DNA of 64,000 nucleotides from an uncultured bacterium (GTDB lineage: Bacteria > Fermentibacterota > Fermentibacteria > Fermentibacterales > JCC-6), in the NCBI GenBank assembly GCA_965372215.1, contig CBDVBK010000008.1, positions 50 to 64,049 of the forward strand, in the 5' to 3' direction. Position numbers and translations under genes: made by a program. The first letter of the stretch is position 1. Each line of letters starts with the position of its first letter. Below, piece by piece: positions 27,400 through 38,109 of this stretch. Under the pieces are notes generated by a model, which was not told the origin of the DNA, made no database searches, and saw only the letters and a program-made list of their open reading frames with translations.

Positions 27400-28469
27400 C
27401 TTTTGCTGCTGAAACAGATTTCGGAAACTGCCCTGATTAAATGCTCAATATCGACAATATTGTTCTCCGGGCTGATTGAAAAACCCAGATATCTATCCGG
27501 ATTGGATATATCTCTGCCTGTATTCTCCAGATAAGCAAGCCTCTCTGAGGAATTGTGCGATGGAAGAACAATGTTTGCATTCTCCAGCTTCGCATGAAAT
27601 TTATCCGGCGCTCTCCTCATACTCAGCAAAGCCGTCCCCGGAAGAAGATTATCGGTACAATCTCCAATGATGGAGTATTTAATCCCATTACAATCAAAAC
27701 CGTCGAGCAGATCTTTGCGAAGCTGATTCACAATCCTTGCCCTGGGAACAATACCGGTGTTGATAATGTCAATAGCGGCAGTCATTCCGGAAATTCCGGG
27801 AATATTCATCATGCAGGAGAATTCCGGAGCATTACTCATCAACCAGGGATCAATGTCAGTTAGTACAACTGCTGCTGCCCCCGGTGGTCCGCCGATTTTC
27901 TGCGAAGAAATAGTGATTACGTCTATATCAGTACGTGATAAATCGATCTCGACCTTCCCGGCCGCGTAACAGGCATCGGAGTGAAATAGAGCTCCATTCG
28001 AATGAGCAATCGACGAGAGTTCTTCAACGGGTTGAATAACACCTGAAACACCACTTGCCCAGGCAATGGTTACAAGACCGGTTTCGTTATTCATCGCATC
28101 CTGCAATGACTCAGGAATAATCCTGCCGTCACTGTTGATCGGAAGAATGGTAATGCTGTATCCCTCTCTTCCGAGCATCCTGAGAGCTGTAATTATAGAA
28201 GTGTGTTCAACTGGAGATGAAATTATATGTTTCCTGTTTTTTCCCCCCGCCTGTCTTCCCATGGAAAGGACGGAAAGACCGTTTGCCACTCCACCATCGT
28301 AATAGAACAGTGTTCTTGAACCACCGACGAATTCAGCAATCAGCGTCTCTGCTTCTTCAACGAATTTCTGGGTTTTTCTTCCAGGCAGATTACTGCTGCG
28401 ACGGTGTCCATATCCCCTTTTCATAACCGAGGTAAGTGCTTTGATCGCTTTTTCGTTGACAGGTGTCAT
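27396..28469 (-). CDS. Class-V aminotransferase / cysteine-desulfurase-like PLP enzyme
   Basis: HSDACYAAGK...ITISSQKIGGPPG with the PLP lysine in an SxxK context. Confidence 0.75.
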   Translation of the reverse strand: MTPVNEKAIKALTSVMKRGYGHRRSSNLPGRKTQKFVEEAETLIAEFVGGSRTLFYYDGGVANGLSVLSMGRQAGGKNRKHIISSPVEHTSIITALRMLGREGYSITILPINSDGRIIPESLQDAMNNETGLVTIAWASGVSGVIQPVEELSSIAHSNGALFHSDACYAAGKVEIDLSRTDIDVITISSQKIGGPPGAAAVVLTDIDPWLMSNAPEFSCMMNIPGISGMTAAIDIINTGIVPRARIVNQLRKDLLDGFDCNGIKYSIIGDCTDNLLPGTALLSMRRAPDKFHAKLENANIVLPSHNSSERLAYLENTGRDISNPDRYLGFSISPENNIVDIEHLIRAVSEICFSSKR

Positions 28470-28498
28470 TGTAAGATGATCAAGGTACGTAATTCTAT

Positions 28499-29500
28499 TC
28501 AGTTCATTACCCCCATATTTGTGAAACTCTCAGGAAATTCTTCCTTCTCAGGTCTTGAGAAGAGTTCGCTGATTGCCTCCATGATCGGGCAGTCTCTGTT
28601 AAGTATCCTCCTGACAGTCCTTGTAATAGGCATATCTACACCGTATCTGTCAGCGAGTGTCATCACGGCATAGGATGTGTCCACTCCCTCTGCCAATCCT
28701 GATATGCCTTCAAGGGTTCCGCAGGCAAACGCTTCTCCGAATATCCTGTTGTGACTGAAAGGAGAAAACAGGGTCGCCTCGTAATCACCCAGATGAGAAA
28801 GCCCGTATACACTTCTCCAGTCTCCGCCCATGGCGGCAACAAGCCTGGCGATTTCCTGCGGGGCGCGAGCCATGAGAGCACCTTTGAGACCTGACATGTT
28901 AAGTCCGTCAAGTATCCCAGCCGCTATTCCAATAACGTTCTTGGCAGCAGCTCCCACTTCGCAGCCAATCATGTCGCGCGATCGGTAGAAGCGTATCAGA
29001 TCACTGCTCATCAGATTGGATATGCGAATGGCGTTATCATCGCTGCCGGATACAATAATCATGCAACTGGGTACTTCCGCTACAAATTGCTGCGGGTGCC
29101 CGGGGCCTACCCAGACAGAAAGGCTTCGTGGATTCAGGCCTTCCTGGTCAGCGATTTCGGACAATCTCAATCCGGTTACTTTCTCTATACCTTTCATGCA
29201 GAGAATGAGATCTGTACCTGACAGCTCGATCGCGGATAGTTCTGATGCAAGTTTTCTGAATTCCTGAGCGGGAACCGCTACGGTTACCAGGTCACAGACA
29301 GATATTTCTGCAAGGTCTGTGGTCAGATGGATATTGTCAGGAAGTTTGAGGTACCTGTTTTTTCCGGTTTTCTGCAGTTCACGAAAACCCGGTGCGTCTC
29401 CGGGCTCCCAGCCAAGCATAGTATTTCCCACTCTGGATCCATACCAGAGGTGGAAACTTCCCCATCTCCCGCATCCTAGAACTGCCTGCTTAACCGGCAT
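28499..29500 (-). CDS. gpsA: NAD(P)H-dependent glycerol-3-phosphate dehydrogenase
   Basis: Rossmann GCGRWGS; GPGHPQQF; GAAAKNVIGIAAGILDG. Confidence 0.9.
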   Translation of the reverse strand: MPVKQAVLGCGRWGSFHLWYGSRVGNTMLGWEPGDAPGFRELQKTGKNRYLKLPDNIHLTTDLAEISVCDLVTVAVPAQEFRKLASELSAIELSGTDLILCMKGIEKVTGLRLSEIADQEGLNPRSLSVWVGPGHPQQFVAEVPSCMIIVSGSDDNAIRISNLMSSDLIRFYRSRDMIGCEVGAAAKNVIGIAAGILDGLNMSGLKGALMARAPQEIARLVAAMGGDWRSVYGLSHLGDYEATLFSPFSHNRIFGEAFACGTLEGISGLAEGVDTSYAVMTLADRYGVDMPITRTVRRILNRDCPIMEAISELFSRPEKEEFPESFTNMGVMN

Positions 29501-29520
29501 TATAGCCAGCTGTACGGGTT

Positions 29521-30654
29521 TTATACCGATGTTTCAATGTCAGACATACTCCCGGGTATAGTTTCAACTGAAGCATACTTTTTAAACAACTCTCCCCATG
29601 GGGTCGCGAGAGCTTCCCTGATTCTTTTTTTACCTACAAGATTCAGCCAGAATACATCATGATATAATCTGCTTGCGAAAAAAGACCATGGAACAATGGG
29701 GCTTCTTAGCAGAATATTCTCCAGAGGTTTCAGCCAGCCGTGGTAAATAGCCTTCTGCCCTCTGCTTGCGAAAGTCTCTGTCTGTACGAAGTGAAAGTTC
29801 ACCTTTGAGATGTCTTCTCCTACAACCTCGATCTCTCCTGTATCTCCAACCCCGAGTCCTTCTTCATGAGCAAGCCTGATGAAATCCAGTTTCATCGGAT
29901 CGAACCCCTGCATTTTCGCGCTTATCGCATCAATTGCCACCTGATCCGCTGAAGCAAGGATATAGTTCTTTACGTGGGGAATCATAGCTCTCGGACCGGG
30001 TCCTTCTCCGGCAAAGGTTCCATCCATCACGGCAAGAATACCGGGATGTATCTTCTTCTGTATTCTGAGGAGATCAACGAGGGTTTCATGTATGACACTG
30101 TGTGTCCAGTGGCGGCGCTCACTGAGCAGACCGCCGAAAGCGTTCTTCATCGCACCGGTGATTGTAGTGAATACATGTGTTTTCACTGTTGGTAGATGAA
30201 TGATGTTCTTTCCTATGAGAATATCCGGAACTTTCACACCGTCAGGGAAAATCTTCCCCAGAACTCTGAAAGGCTTGTCAGGCTTGAATTCCACCCATTT
30301 CACAGGTTTTTCGTACAGTCTGACCTTGCGAATTCCGTGCAGATCTTCATCTACCTGTCTGAGATGGTTTCCTATTTCCCCTTTCTTATCACTGACAACA
30401 ACGGTCCTGTTGTGAGTGGAAACAAGCTGATCTTTACTGTAACCATCCTTCAGAAGGCTTCTTATCACACCATCGAGCTGCCAGGGTGTTGTGGAACAGG
30501 CAGGATACCAGTGATGCCATGACACATTTATCTTAAGCAGAACGTCCTGGTTTTTATCCAGAACGTCCAGATAATCAATGCTTTTGAGAAGCCTGTGATA
30601 ATCCTCCAGCACGGTATCCGGTGATGTTTTCAGTACAGCGACTTTGCTTTTCAT
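29521..30654 (-). CDS. DUF362 domain protein
   Basis: Paralogous to 31567-32673 across the DUF362 core; lacks the ferredoxin tail. Confidence 0.65.
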   Translation of the reverse strand: MKSKVAVLKTSPDTVLEDYHRLLKSIDYLDVLDKNQDVLLKINVSWHHWYPACSTTPWQLDGVIRSLLKDGYSKDQLVSTHNRTVVVSDKKGEIGNHLRQVDEDLHGIRKVRLYEKPVKWVEFKPDKPFRVLGKIFPDGVKVPDILIGKNIIHLPTVKTHVFTTITGAMKNAFGGLLSERRHWTHSVIHETLVDLLRIQKKIHPGILAVMDGTFAGEGPGPRAMIPHVKNYILASADQVAIDAISAKMQGFDPMKLDFIRLAHEEGLGVGDTGEIEVVGEDISKVNFHFVQTETFASRGQKAIYHGWLKPLENILLRSPIVPWSFFASRLYHDVFWLNLVGKKRIREALATPWGELFKKYASVETIPGSMSDIETSV

Positions 30655-31565
30655 GTGCTATCCTTATACAATCCACTGGTTTTCCATCTTCGATGCGCCC
30701 ACCAGTAGAGTTCCGGGTTTTCTATGATCAATCTTTCAAGTTCAAGCGTATATTGCTGCGTAATCCTTTTTTCTGCCTCTTCCCGTGGAATATCTCTATT
30801 CGCACGTATGGGTTCCGATATTACAAGCCTGTGGTCGGGACCTTTCCCTATTCGGATCAGCACCGCCAGAACAACCGGCACTCCGAGCTTCGTGGAAAAT
30901 GCCGCTGCTCCTCTTGGAGTGGACGCTGGGTAATTGAAGAAATTAACGACTATTCCGCTTTCCCCGGCATCCTGATCCGATAGCCAGCACACGTATCCCC
31001 CCCGTTTCATCGATGATAATACACCTTTAACCGCTGCTCTCCGATTATACAATTCTATTCCGTGCATGGAGCGCATATGATTAATAAACCCATCAACAAG
31101 ACTGTTGCTCTGTCGCCCCACGAGAAAAGCAACATCTCCAAGAAGATACTTGTTTGCGATACCGAAGAGTTCCCAGTTTCCGAAATGTCCTGTAATGATA
31201 ATCGCTCCCTTTTCATCGCGGAGAGATTCAAGAGCTTCAGGATTATCTATTCTGATGTGTTTTTCTATATAGCTCTGATCCATTTTCCACTGTCGCGCAT
31301 ATTCAATCATGAAACGCCCGGAATTTCTGTAGGATTGAAGTGCAATTCTATCAAGTTCCTCAGGTGGCTTCTCAGGGAAAGCAAGTCCGAGATTAACAAG
31401 GACGATTTTTTTTCTGATTCGCAGCACTTTCCATGCGAACCATCCCATAAATGCGCCAAGTGACAGAGCACATCTGATTGGCGGAAGACCCACCATGAAA
31501 ACGGTAATCCGCACAAATACATACTCGATCCAGTGACTGAATGAAGGTCTTTTCAATTTTTCCAT
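30651..31565 (-). CDS. Lysophospholipid/lipid A acyltransferase (LpxL/HtrB family)
   Basis: N-terminal TM segment and the HX4D motif in ITGHFGNWE. Start placed at the internal Met (MEKLKRPSF) to remove a 56-nt overlap. Confidence 0.78.
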   Translation of the reverse strand: MEKLKRPSFSHWIEYVFVRITVFMVGLPPIRCALSLGAFMGWFAWKVLRIRKKIVLVNLGLAFPEKPPEELDRIALQSYRNSGRFMIEYARQWKMDQSYIEKHIRIDNPEALESLRDEKGAIIITGHFGNWELFGIANKYLLGDVAFLVGRQSNSLVDGFINHMRSMHGIELYNRRAAVKGVLSSMKRGGYVCWLSDQDAGESGIVVNFFNYPASTPRGAAAFSTKLGVPVVLAVLIRIGKGPDHRLVISEPIRANRDIPREEAEKRITQQYTLELERLIIENPELYWWAHRRWKTSGLYKDST

Positions 31566-31566
31566 T

Positions 31567-32673
31567 TCAGCTCCTGCCAAAAGGAATCCGTACTTTAACG
31601 GCCTGCTCCGGGCACAGTTCATGACAGCAGAGGCACATGATGCATTTACGGCGGTTCATTACTGCTCTTCCATCTTTAATAATTATCGCGTTTACCGGAC
31701 AACCCTCTGCGCAGATTCCACAACCGATACATTTCTCTGTAGATACAGGCGGTTTCTTGAAGAGCATTCTAGCTATTCCACCCATAAATGAAGGAAGCAG
31801 GTTATAGAAGCTCTCTCCCGGGACTTTGAAATTCTCAAGTATACATTCATTCAAACCGTATACAGAGATTTCGGAGCGCGGTTTGCCAAGTCCCCTTTCA
31901 CGGGCAATTCTGTTCGTATGGATATCAAGTGGATCAAGACCGGCCAATTCAGTCATAATCATATCGAGGCACACACCATCTCTCGAAAGACCAAGCAAAC
32001 CATCCCATCTGGGAGTTCCATCGGTACTCGGTCCTTTTCCATCCATCGCAAGAATTGCGTCCATAATGGTTAAATCAAAATCGACGATCTCATAGATATC
32101 AACAAGGTATTTCGATAAATCAACCGGTCTTACGCCATAACTGTGCAGTACAGCTTTCCCAAGCCCTGGAATCGCGCCAAAAGCGTTTTTCACTGCATTG
32201 GTCAACCTGCAGAGTCCGTGTGTTTTGAATTTGCACATATTTATTAATACATCACATTCCAGAACCGGACTGGCGATGTCGTATGTTCTGCTCATGACTG
32301 TTTTTCGAACACATCCCGCTTTTTCAAAATTAACCAGTTCAAATCCGAGTTCTTCAGCAATCCGGGAGTACCCGCAGTTCTTCCAGTATCTTTCAACTCC
32401 TTTTACAGCTCCGCCGGGACTGTCTCCTACAGTAACTGTACACCCCTCGTTGCGCAGCAGAATAATCATTGCGGCAACAACCTCCGGATGTGTTGTTATT
32501 GCTCTCTCGGGTGATTTTGCAGAGAGCATATTAACCTTCAAAAGAACTTCAGCACCCGGAACAACCGAATCCGGCCATCCTCCGGCCTGTTCAAGCATTA
32601 TCAGAATCGCATCGATCAGTTCGCTTCTATCGTACGATTCGAATCCAGCTTTGAGAACTACATCATAAGTCAT
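31567..32673 (-). CDS. DUF362 domain protein with a C-terminal 2x[4Fe-4S] ferredoxin domain
   Basis: DUF362 core plus CIGCGICAEGCP and CIMCLCCHELCP. Confidence 0.72.
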   Translation of the reverse strand: MTYDVVLKAGFESYDRSELIDAILIMLEQAGGWPDSVVPGAEVLLKVNMLSAKSPERAITTHPEVVAAMIILLRNEGCTVTVGDSPGGAVKGVERYWKNCGYSRIAEELGFELVNFEKAGCVRKTVMSRTYDIASPVLECDVLINMCKFKTHGLCRLTNAVKNAFGAIPGLGKAVLHSYGVRPVDLSKYLVDIYEIVDFDLTIMDAILAMDGKGPSTDGTPRWDGLLGLSRDGVCLDMIMTELAGLDPLDIHTNRIARERGLGKPRSEISVYGLNECILENFKVPGESFYNLLPSFMGGIARMLFKKPPVSTEKCIGCGICAEGCPVNAIIIKDGRAVMNRRKCIMCLCCHELCPEQAVKVRIPFGRS

Positions 32674-32710
32674 AACATCTTCCAGTAATTATCATCTTGC
32701 ATCTGCCGGA

Positions 32711-35131
32711 TCATCCACCAAACTGGCAATTCCCAAGAGCAGGGGCAACAACACTGTTCTTACCTGCTCTTTTTGCCATGTACATCCTTTGGTCAGCATA
32801 CTTCAGCAACATATCCCTGTCTCTCACATCAGTAAGGTATGTTGAAACTCCAAGACTGATACTGACTTTCCCCAGAGGCTGCTGTTCAGAATGAGGAATT
32901 CGGCAAGAGGACTCAACCACTCTCTTTCTTATCCTCTCAGCAATTTCAACTGATTCCCTCTCATTTGTGAATGGAAGAATACAGACAAACTCTTCCCCAC
33001 CATATCTGATAAGAATATCTACTTCTCGAATCGCTTCAGCCATAGCCTGTACCACTGTCGTAAGCAGTGTATTTCCCATAGGATGCCCCCATGAATCATT
33101 GTAGTGTTTGAAGTCATCTATATCCATCATGATAAGAGAGAAAGGGAAACTGGATCTGTCAGTCCGCCTGAATTCGTCTTCAAGTTTCTCTTCGAAGAAC
33201 CGCAGATTGCCCAGACCTGTAAGTCTATCCTTTCTTGCGAGTTCCAGTATTCTGGAATGCAGCATAGCGTTCTCCACTGCTGTTGCCGCATGGTTCGCCA
33301 GGGCAATAACAATACGTTCGGACTCTGCGGAAAACCTTTCTGGGATTGGACTCTGAATATCAATGGCGCCTACTACCCGATCCTGTACTATCATTGGAAC
33401 AGCGAGTTCACTTCTTGTGCTGGCGATGTTTTCCACATACCGGATATCTTCTCTGGTCTTTAGAATATTTATCGCTTTCCGAGATGAGATAGAAGCGGCA
33501 ACCACTCCGGATGACATATTACTGTCGGACTTTATTCTGCCCATAGCAATCTGTTCTCTGATTCGGATAGTAAGACCTGCAGGATCAATTTCCGAATCGT
33601 ATCCGAAGGTTACGGCAACCTTCATTGAATGGGGAATCAAATCATCTTTGTTACCTTCAGCAAGAAAAACAGCAGCAGCTTCTGAAGGGAAAAATCTCCG
33701 CAGAGCCAGTATGACTTCATGGCAGATCTTATCTAAATCCTGTGTTGAGTTCAATTCTCTTCCGATCACAGAAATGGTTTCAAGTTCCTCATTCATTTTT
33801 CTGAGATTCTCTCTGAGAATGTATTCCTCCGTGACATCACTCGCCATAATAACAACACCGGCGAAATGATCTGCTCGCTGGAACGGTATATAGCTTACAT
33901 TCAGCACCTGATCTTTCTGTCCAACCTTACCGACATGAACCTGTCTGTTGAGTATGGGGCTTTCCTCTTCGAGAGTAGTATTGAAAGATTTATCCTTGTC
34001 GGATATCAGGACAGGAAGCACTTCCCTTAACCTTTTTCCTATAAGGTTGCTTGCTATCTTGCCGAATAATTTACAGGCTCTCGGAGTGACCTGAAGAAGA
34101 AAACCGGAATTATCAACAACAAGAATTCCTGAATCAAGGCTGTTCATAATAGCGGACATCTGTTCCCGCTCATCAGTTACTTCTTCCAGGACCATCGCAT
34201 TTAGAATCGCTTCAGCTGTATGCGCGGCATAGTGCCTCAGCGCTTCCAGATCGGTACTTTCTATTTTTCTTCCAGTCACGTATCTATCACATCTGATAAG
34301 ACCGATTGGACGTCTTGCCGCAATAAGCGGTGTATCTATGTAATCCTTTGAGCCTGCCCACCACATTTTCTCGTCTGCTATGTCAATCTCATTTGATTGA
34401 ATCTGGCGCAGCTCCCGAATGGCAATTCCTGAAGGGAGATCATGGTACTCGCGTAGATGAAGGGATTTTGGAATATTGGACAGGTTTCTTCCAAATGCAG
34501 CTTCAGTGACGAGTTCATCCGTTTCAGAGAGATATCGACAAACCCATACTCTGTCAAAACCAAGCCCTGTAAGTACCCCGTTGGCCATTCTTCTGAATAT
34601 ATCCTTGACACTCATGGTTCTACCGAGCTCTTCAGTCAGTTTCCATGTCGCTTCAAGCCTGTTTACTCTGTTTTCCAGATAACCACAGAGCTTATTCAAT
34701 ATAAACTCTCGGTCAGGCGGATTATTTCTTTCAAGATGGTAATCTACAAATGAAGAGTCCCTCTTCATAAGAGTTTCACAGATTGATAAAAATGCTTCCG
34801 GTCGAATGGGAAGTTCCTCAATTCCGTCGACTCCAGCCCACTCTGCCCTTAAACGAAGGGAAGCATCCAGTCCGGGTGTCAACAAAAGAAAGGGAACCTC
34901 GGATGTATGCGATTCCTCTTTGAGATACCGGCACACCCTCAGTCCATCAAGCATAGGTAAGAAGTACCCGCACACAACCAGAGAAGGGTTTGAGGTTGCA
35001 GCTCTGGAAATAACTTCTATTCCGGTACTGCACGTTTTTATATCGTAGCCCTCGAGCCTCAATACTTTTCCAAGAATCTGCAGGAGTCCTGCATCATTAT
35101 CAGCGATTAGAACAGTTTTATTCCCTGGCAT
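32711..35131 (-). CDS. Response-regulator receiver / GAF-PAS / GGDEF diguanylate cyclase
   Basis: N-terminal REC (VLIADND...D phosphoacceptor), central sensor domains, and a C-terminal RYGGEEF active site. Confidence 0.85.
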   Translation of the reverse strand: MPGNKTVLIADNDAGLLQILGKVLRLEGYDIKTCSTGIEVISRAATSNPSLVVCGYFLPMLDGLRVCRYLKEESHTSEVPFLLLTPGLDASLRLRAEWAGVDGIEELPIRPEAFLSICETLMKRDSSFVDYHLERNNPPDREFILNKLCGYLENRVNRLEATWKLTEELGRTMSVKDIFRRMANGVLTGLGFDRVWVCRYLSETDELVTEAAFGRNLSNIPKSLHLREYHDLPSGIAIRELRQIQSNEIDIADEKMWWAGSKDYIDTPLIAARRPIGLIRCDRYVTGRKIESTDLEALRHYAAHTAEAILNAMVLEEVTDEREQMSAIMNSLDSGILVVDNSGFLLQVTPRACKLFGKIASNLIGKRLREVLPVLISDKDKSFNTTLEEESPILNRQVHVGKVGQKDQVLNVSYIPFQRADHFAGVVIMASDVTEEYILRENLRKMNEELETISVIGRELNSTQDLDKICHEVILALRRFFPSEAAAVFLAEGNKDDLIPHSMKVAVTFGYDSEIDPAGLTIRIREQIAMGRIKSDSNMSSGVVAASISSRKAINILKTREDIRYVENIASTRSELAVPMIVQDRVVGAIDIQSPIPERFSAESERIVIALANHAATAVENAMLHSRILELARKDRLTGLGNLRFFEEKLEDEFRRTDRSSFPFSLIMMDIDDFKHYNDSWGHPMGNTLLTTVVQAMAEAIREVDILIRYGGEEFVCILPFTNERESVEIAERIRKRVVESSCRIPHSEQQPLGKVSISLGVSTYLTDVRDRDMLLKYADQRMYMAKRAGKNSVVAPALGNCQFGG

Positions 35132-35227
35132 AAACTAAATATCATTCCAAGCCTGCATACTACACCATCCCTTTACTGCAAGGCCGTATATGCAGGTTCA
35201 TCACGAAGAATCGCGATTTTTACCGGA

Positions 35228-38011
35228 TCAATCCTGCGTTTCGGTGTCAATCGCTGCCTGGGCTGCTGCCAGCCTTGCAATCGGAACCCTGAATGGAGAA
35301 CAGGATACATAATCCAATCCAATCGAGTTGAAGAACCAGATCGATTCAGGATCTCCGCCATGTTCTCCGCAGACACCAATCTTAATATCAGGTTTGACTC
35401 TTTTTCCCTCTTTTACTGCGATTTCAACTAACTTACCTACACCATTGACATCAATGGATGTAAAGGGGTCCTTTTCATAAATACCCATCCTGACATAATC
35501 ACTCAGGAAAGCGCCTGCATCATCTCTTGAGAATCCGCAGGCCATCTGTGTAAGATCGTTTGTGCCAAAACTGAAGAAATCTGCGTATTCTGCTATTCTG
35601 GCTGCATCAACAGCAGCACGAGGTACTTCGATCATAGTGCCGATACGATAATAGATGAAATCTGCAGGTAAACCCTTTTCTTTAAAGACTGTATCTATCA
35701 CTTCCTGCGCACGGCCGCGGGTAATTTCAAGTTCCCGTGGATGTCCAACCAGTGGAATCATGATCTCAGGCAGAACTTCAGTACCGCTTTCCTTTACTTC
35801 GATGGCTGCTTCCATAATAGCTCTTACCTGCATATCGGAAACTTCCGGGTATGTCAAACCCAGCCTGCACCCTCTATGACCGAGCATCGGGTTGAATTCA
35901 TGAAGCTTATCAACGGTTCTCTGAATCTTCTCTATCGGTACTTCCATCTCTCTGGCCATTTCAAGCTGCCCCTGACTATCATGCGGCAGGAATTCATGAA
36001 GTGGCGGATCAAGAAGTCTTACCGTACAAGGGCGGCCTTCGAGTTTCCGGAATATCTGTACAAAATCTCCACGCTGCAGAGGAAGCAGCTCTTCTATGGC
36101 TTCGATATAATCTGCCTGAGGAGCCTCGAGTTCTTTCTCAAGAGCGCCAGTGTCTTCAGAAGAAGCAGCGATTCTCTCCCGAAGGCTTTTAACTTCATCA
36201 GCAACCAGTATCATCTTCCTGAAGGAGATAATTCTGTCACCTTCAAAGAACATGTGCTCTGTTCTGCAGAGACCGATGCCTTCCGCTCCGAAATCGACAG
36301 CTGTTTTAGTGTCCTTTACCGTTTCAGCATTCGTTCGAACACCAAGCCTTCTGTATTCGTCAGTCCAGTCCATAAGAATCGAGTAATTCAAATATAGTCT
36401 TGATTCATTCGGATCATCCTCACCCATGGAAATGCACAATATCTCCGAAGGTTGGACTTCTACTTTACCTGCATATATTTTTCCGGTGAAGCCATCCAAC
36501 GCAATCAGATCACCTTCCGAGATCTCTTTTTCTCCGCAGACCATCTTCTTCGACACACTGTCGACGATAAGGCTGCTTGCACCGGCAACACAGGGAAGCC
36601 CCATTCCTCTTGCAACAACCGCTGCATGAGATGTCATTCCTCCTCTTGAAGTGATAATTCCCTTCGACGCCGACATACCACCGATATCTTCCGGGCTCGT
36701 CTCTTTCCTGCAGAGAATCACATCTTCTCCTCTTGATGCCCATTCTTCCGCATCATCAGCGGTAAAGACAGCGCGACCGCACGCTCCACCGGGAGAGGCG
36801 TTCAGACCGGTTGTGAGATAATCCGCATGTTCCTTGCTCTTTCTGTCAAGAACCGGAGCGAACAGTTGATTGAACGCGCTTGCTGGAATCCTTTTCAGTG
36901 CCGTTTTTTTGTCAATCAAACCTTCTTTTACCATATCGACGGCAATATTCAAAGCTGCGAATACCGTTCTCTTGCCTGTTCTTGTCTGCAGGAGATAGAG
37001 CTTTCCCTCTTCGATGGTAAACTCAATGTCCTGCATATCAAGATAATGCTCCTCAAGTACAGTCCTGATTGAAAGCAGCTCTTCGTACGCGGCTTCGTTA
37101 ACTTCTCGAAGAGTTGAAATGGGCTTGGGTGTTCTGATGCCTGCAACGACATCCTCGCCCTGCGCGTTCATCAGATATTCACCGTAGAAAACGTTTTCTC
37201 CGTTCGCCGGATCCCTTGTGAAGCAGACACCTGTACCGGAATCTTCGCCCATATTTCCAAAGACCATGTACTGAACATTCACTGCAGTACCAACAAGCCC
37301 TGTAATCTCGTTGATCTGACGATATCTTCTTGCTCTGGCATTATTCCAGGAACCGAATACAGCATCGATTGACAACATCAGCTGATCCCAGGGATCAGAA
37401 GGAAAAGGTTTGCCGATCTGTTTATCGTATATGTTCTTGAATTCCTTTACGACTTCCTTCAGATCGTCAGTGGTCAAGTCTGTATCAAGATCAACGTTTT
37501 TACTTCTTTTCATCCGGTCAAGTACTTCTTCAAATGAATGATGGGGGATTTCCATTACAACATCACCAAACATCTGAATAAACCTGCGATAGGCATCAAG
37601 GACGAATCTTGGATTACCCGTTTTCTGAGTGATTGCTTCAATGGACTCATCATTCAGGCCAAGGTTGAGAACCGTATCCATCATGCCCGGCATGGAGACA
37701 GCTGCACCACTCCTTACAGAAACGAGCATAGGATCTTTACCGGTTCCGAATTTATTTCCGGTCATTTCTTCCAGCTGAGCAAGTTTCTCTCGAATCTGCT
37801 GTTCCAGTCCATCCGGCCAGCTTCCTTCATCTCCAACGTTATAATATCCTGCGCAGGCTTCGGTTGATATTGTAAATCCGGGCGGTACCGGAAGCCCCAG
37901 TCGGGTCATCTCAGCCAGATTAGCACCTTTTCCTCCAAGAAGCTTTTTCTGGGAACGGTTACCCTCGGTTTCATCTCCACCAAAGAAATAGACATACTTT
38001 ACAGGATTCAT
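35228..38011 (-). CDS. ppdK: Pyruvate, phosphate dikinase
   Basis: 927 aa; LLGGKGANLAEM; phosphohistidine region GGMTSHAAVVARGMG; PEP-utilizing C-terminal TIM domain. Confidence 0.95.
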   Translation of the reverse strand: MNPVKYVYFFGGDETEGNRSQKKLLGGKGANLAEMTRLGLPVPPGFTISTEACAGYYNVGDEGSWPDGLEQQIREKLAQLEEMTGNKFGTGKDPMLVSVRSGAAVSMPGMMDTVLNLGLNDESIEAITQKTGNPRFVLDAYRRFIQMFGDVVMEIPHHSFEEVLDRMKRSKNVDLDTDLTTDDLKEVVKEFKNIYDKQIGKPFPSDPWDQLMLSIDAVFGSWNNARARRYRQINEITGLVGTAVNVQYMVFGNMGEDSGTGVCFTRDPANGENVFYGEYLMNAQGEDVVAGIRTPKPISTLREVNEAAYEELLSIRTVLEEHYLDMQDIEFTIEEGKLYLLQTRTGKRTVFAALNIAVDMVKEGLIDKKTALKRIPASAFNQLFAPVLDRKSKEHADYLTTGLNASPGGACGRAVFTADDAEEWASRGEDVILCRKETSPEDIGGMSASKGIITSRGGMTSHAAVVARGMGLPCVAGASSLIVDSVSKKMVCGEKEISEGDLIALDGFTGKIYAGKVEVQPSEILCISMGEDDPNESRLYLNYSILMDWTDEYRRLGVRTNAETVKDTKTAVDFGAEGIGLCRTEHMFFEGDRIISFRKMILVADEVKSLRERIAASSEDTGALEKELEAPQADYIEAIEELLPLQRGDFVQIFRKLEGRPCTVRLLDPPLHEFLPHDSQGQLEMAREMEVPIEKIQRTVDKLHEFNPMLGHRGCRLGLTYPEVSDMQVRAIMEAAIEVKESGTEVLPEIMIPLVGHPRELEITRGRAQEVIDTVFKEKGLPADFIYYRIGTMIEVPRAAVDAARIAEYADFFSFGTNDLTQMACGFSRDDAGAFLSDYVRMGIYEKDPFTSIDVNGVGKLVEIAVKEGKRVKPDIKIGVCGEHGGDPESIWFFNSIGLDYVSCSPFRVPIARLAAAQAAIDTETQD

Positions 38012-38109
38012 ACGAACCTTTCATTCATGGATTGTCTTTAAATAAGAGAATCGGTAATATATGCTGAATACAGGCAGTAAGTCTACTATCGCAAAGGAAG
38101 TTTTCGGAA

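Noticed and set aside
35132-35227. Possible intrinsic terminator after ppdK (CCTGCATA...TATGCAGG stem)
   Set aside because: The stem has a 27-nt loop and no convincing T-tract, so it is too weak to call.
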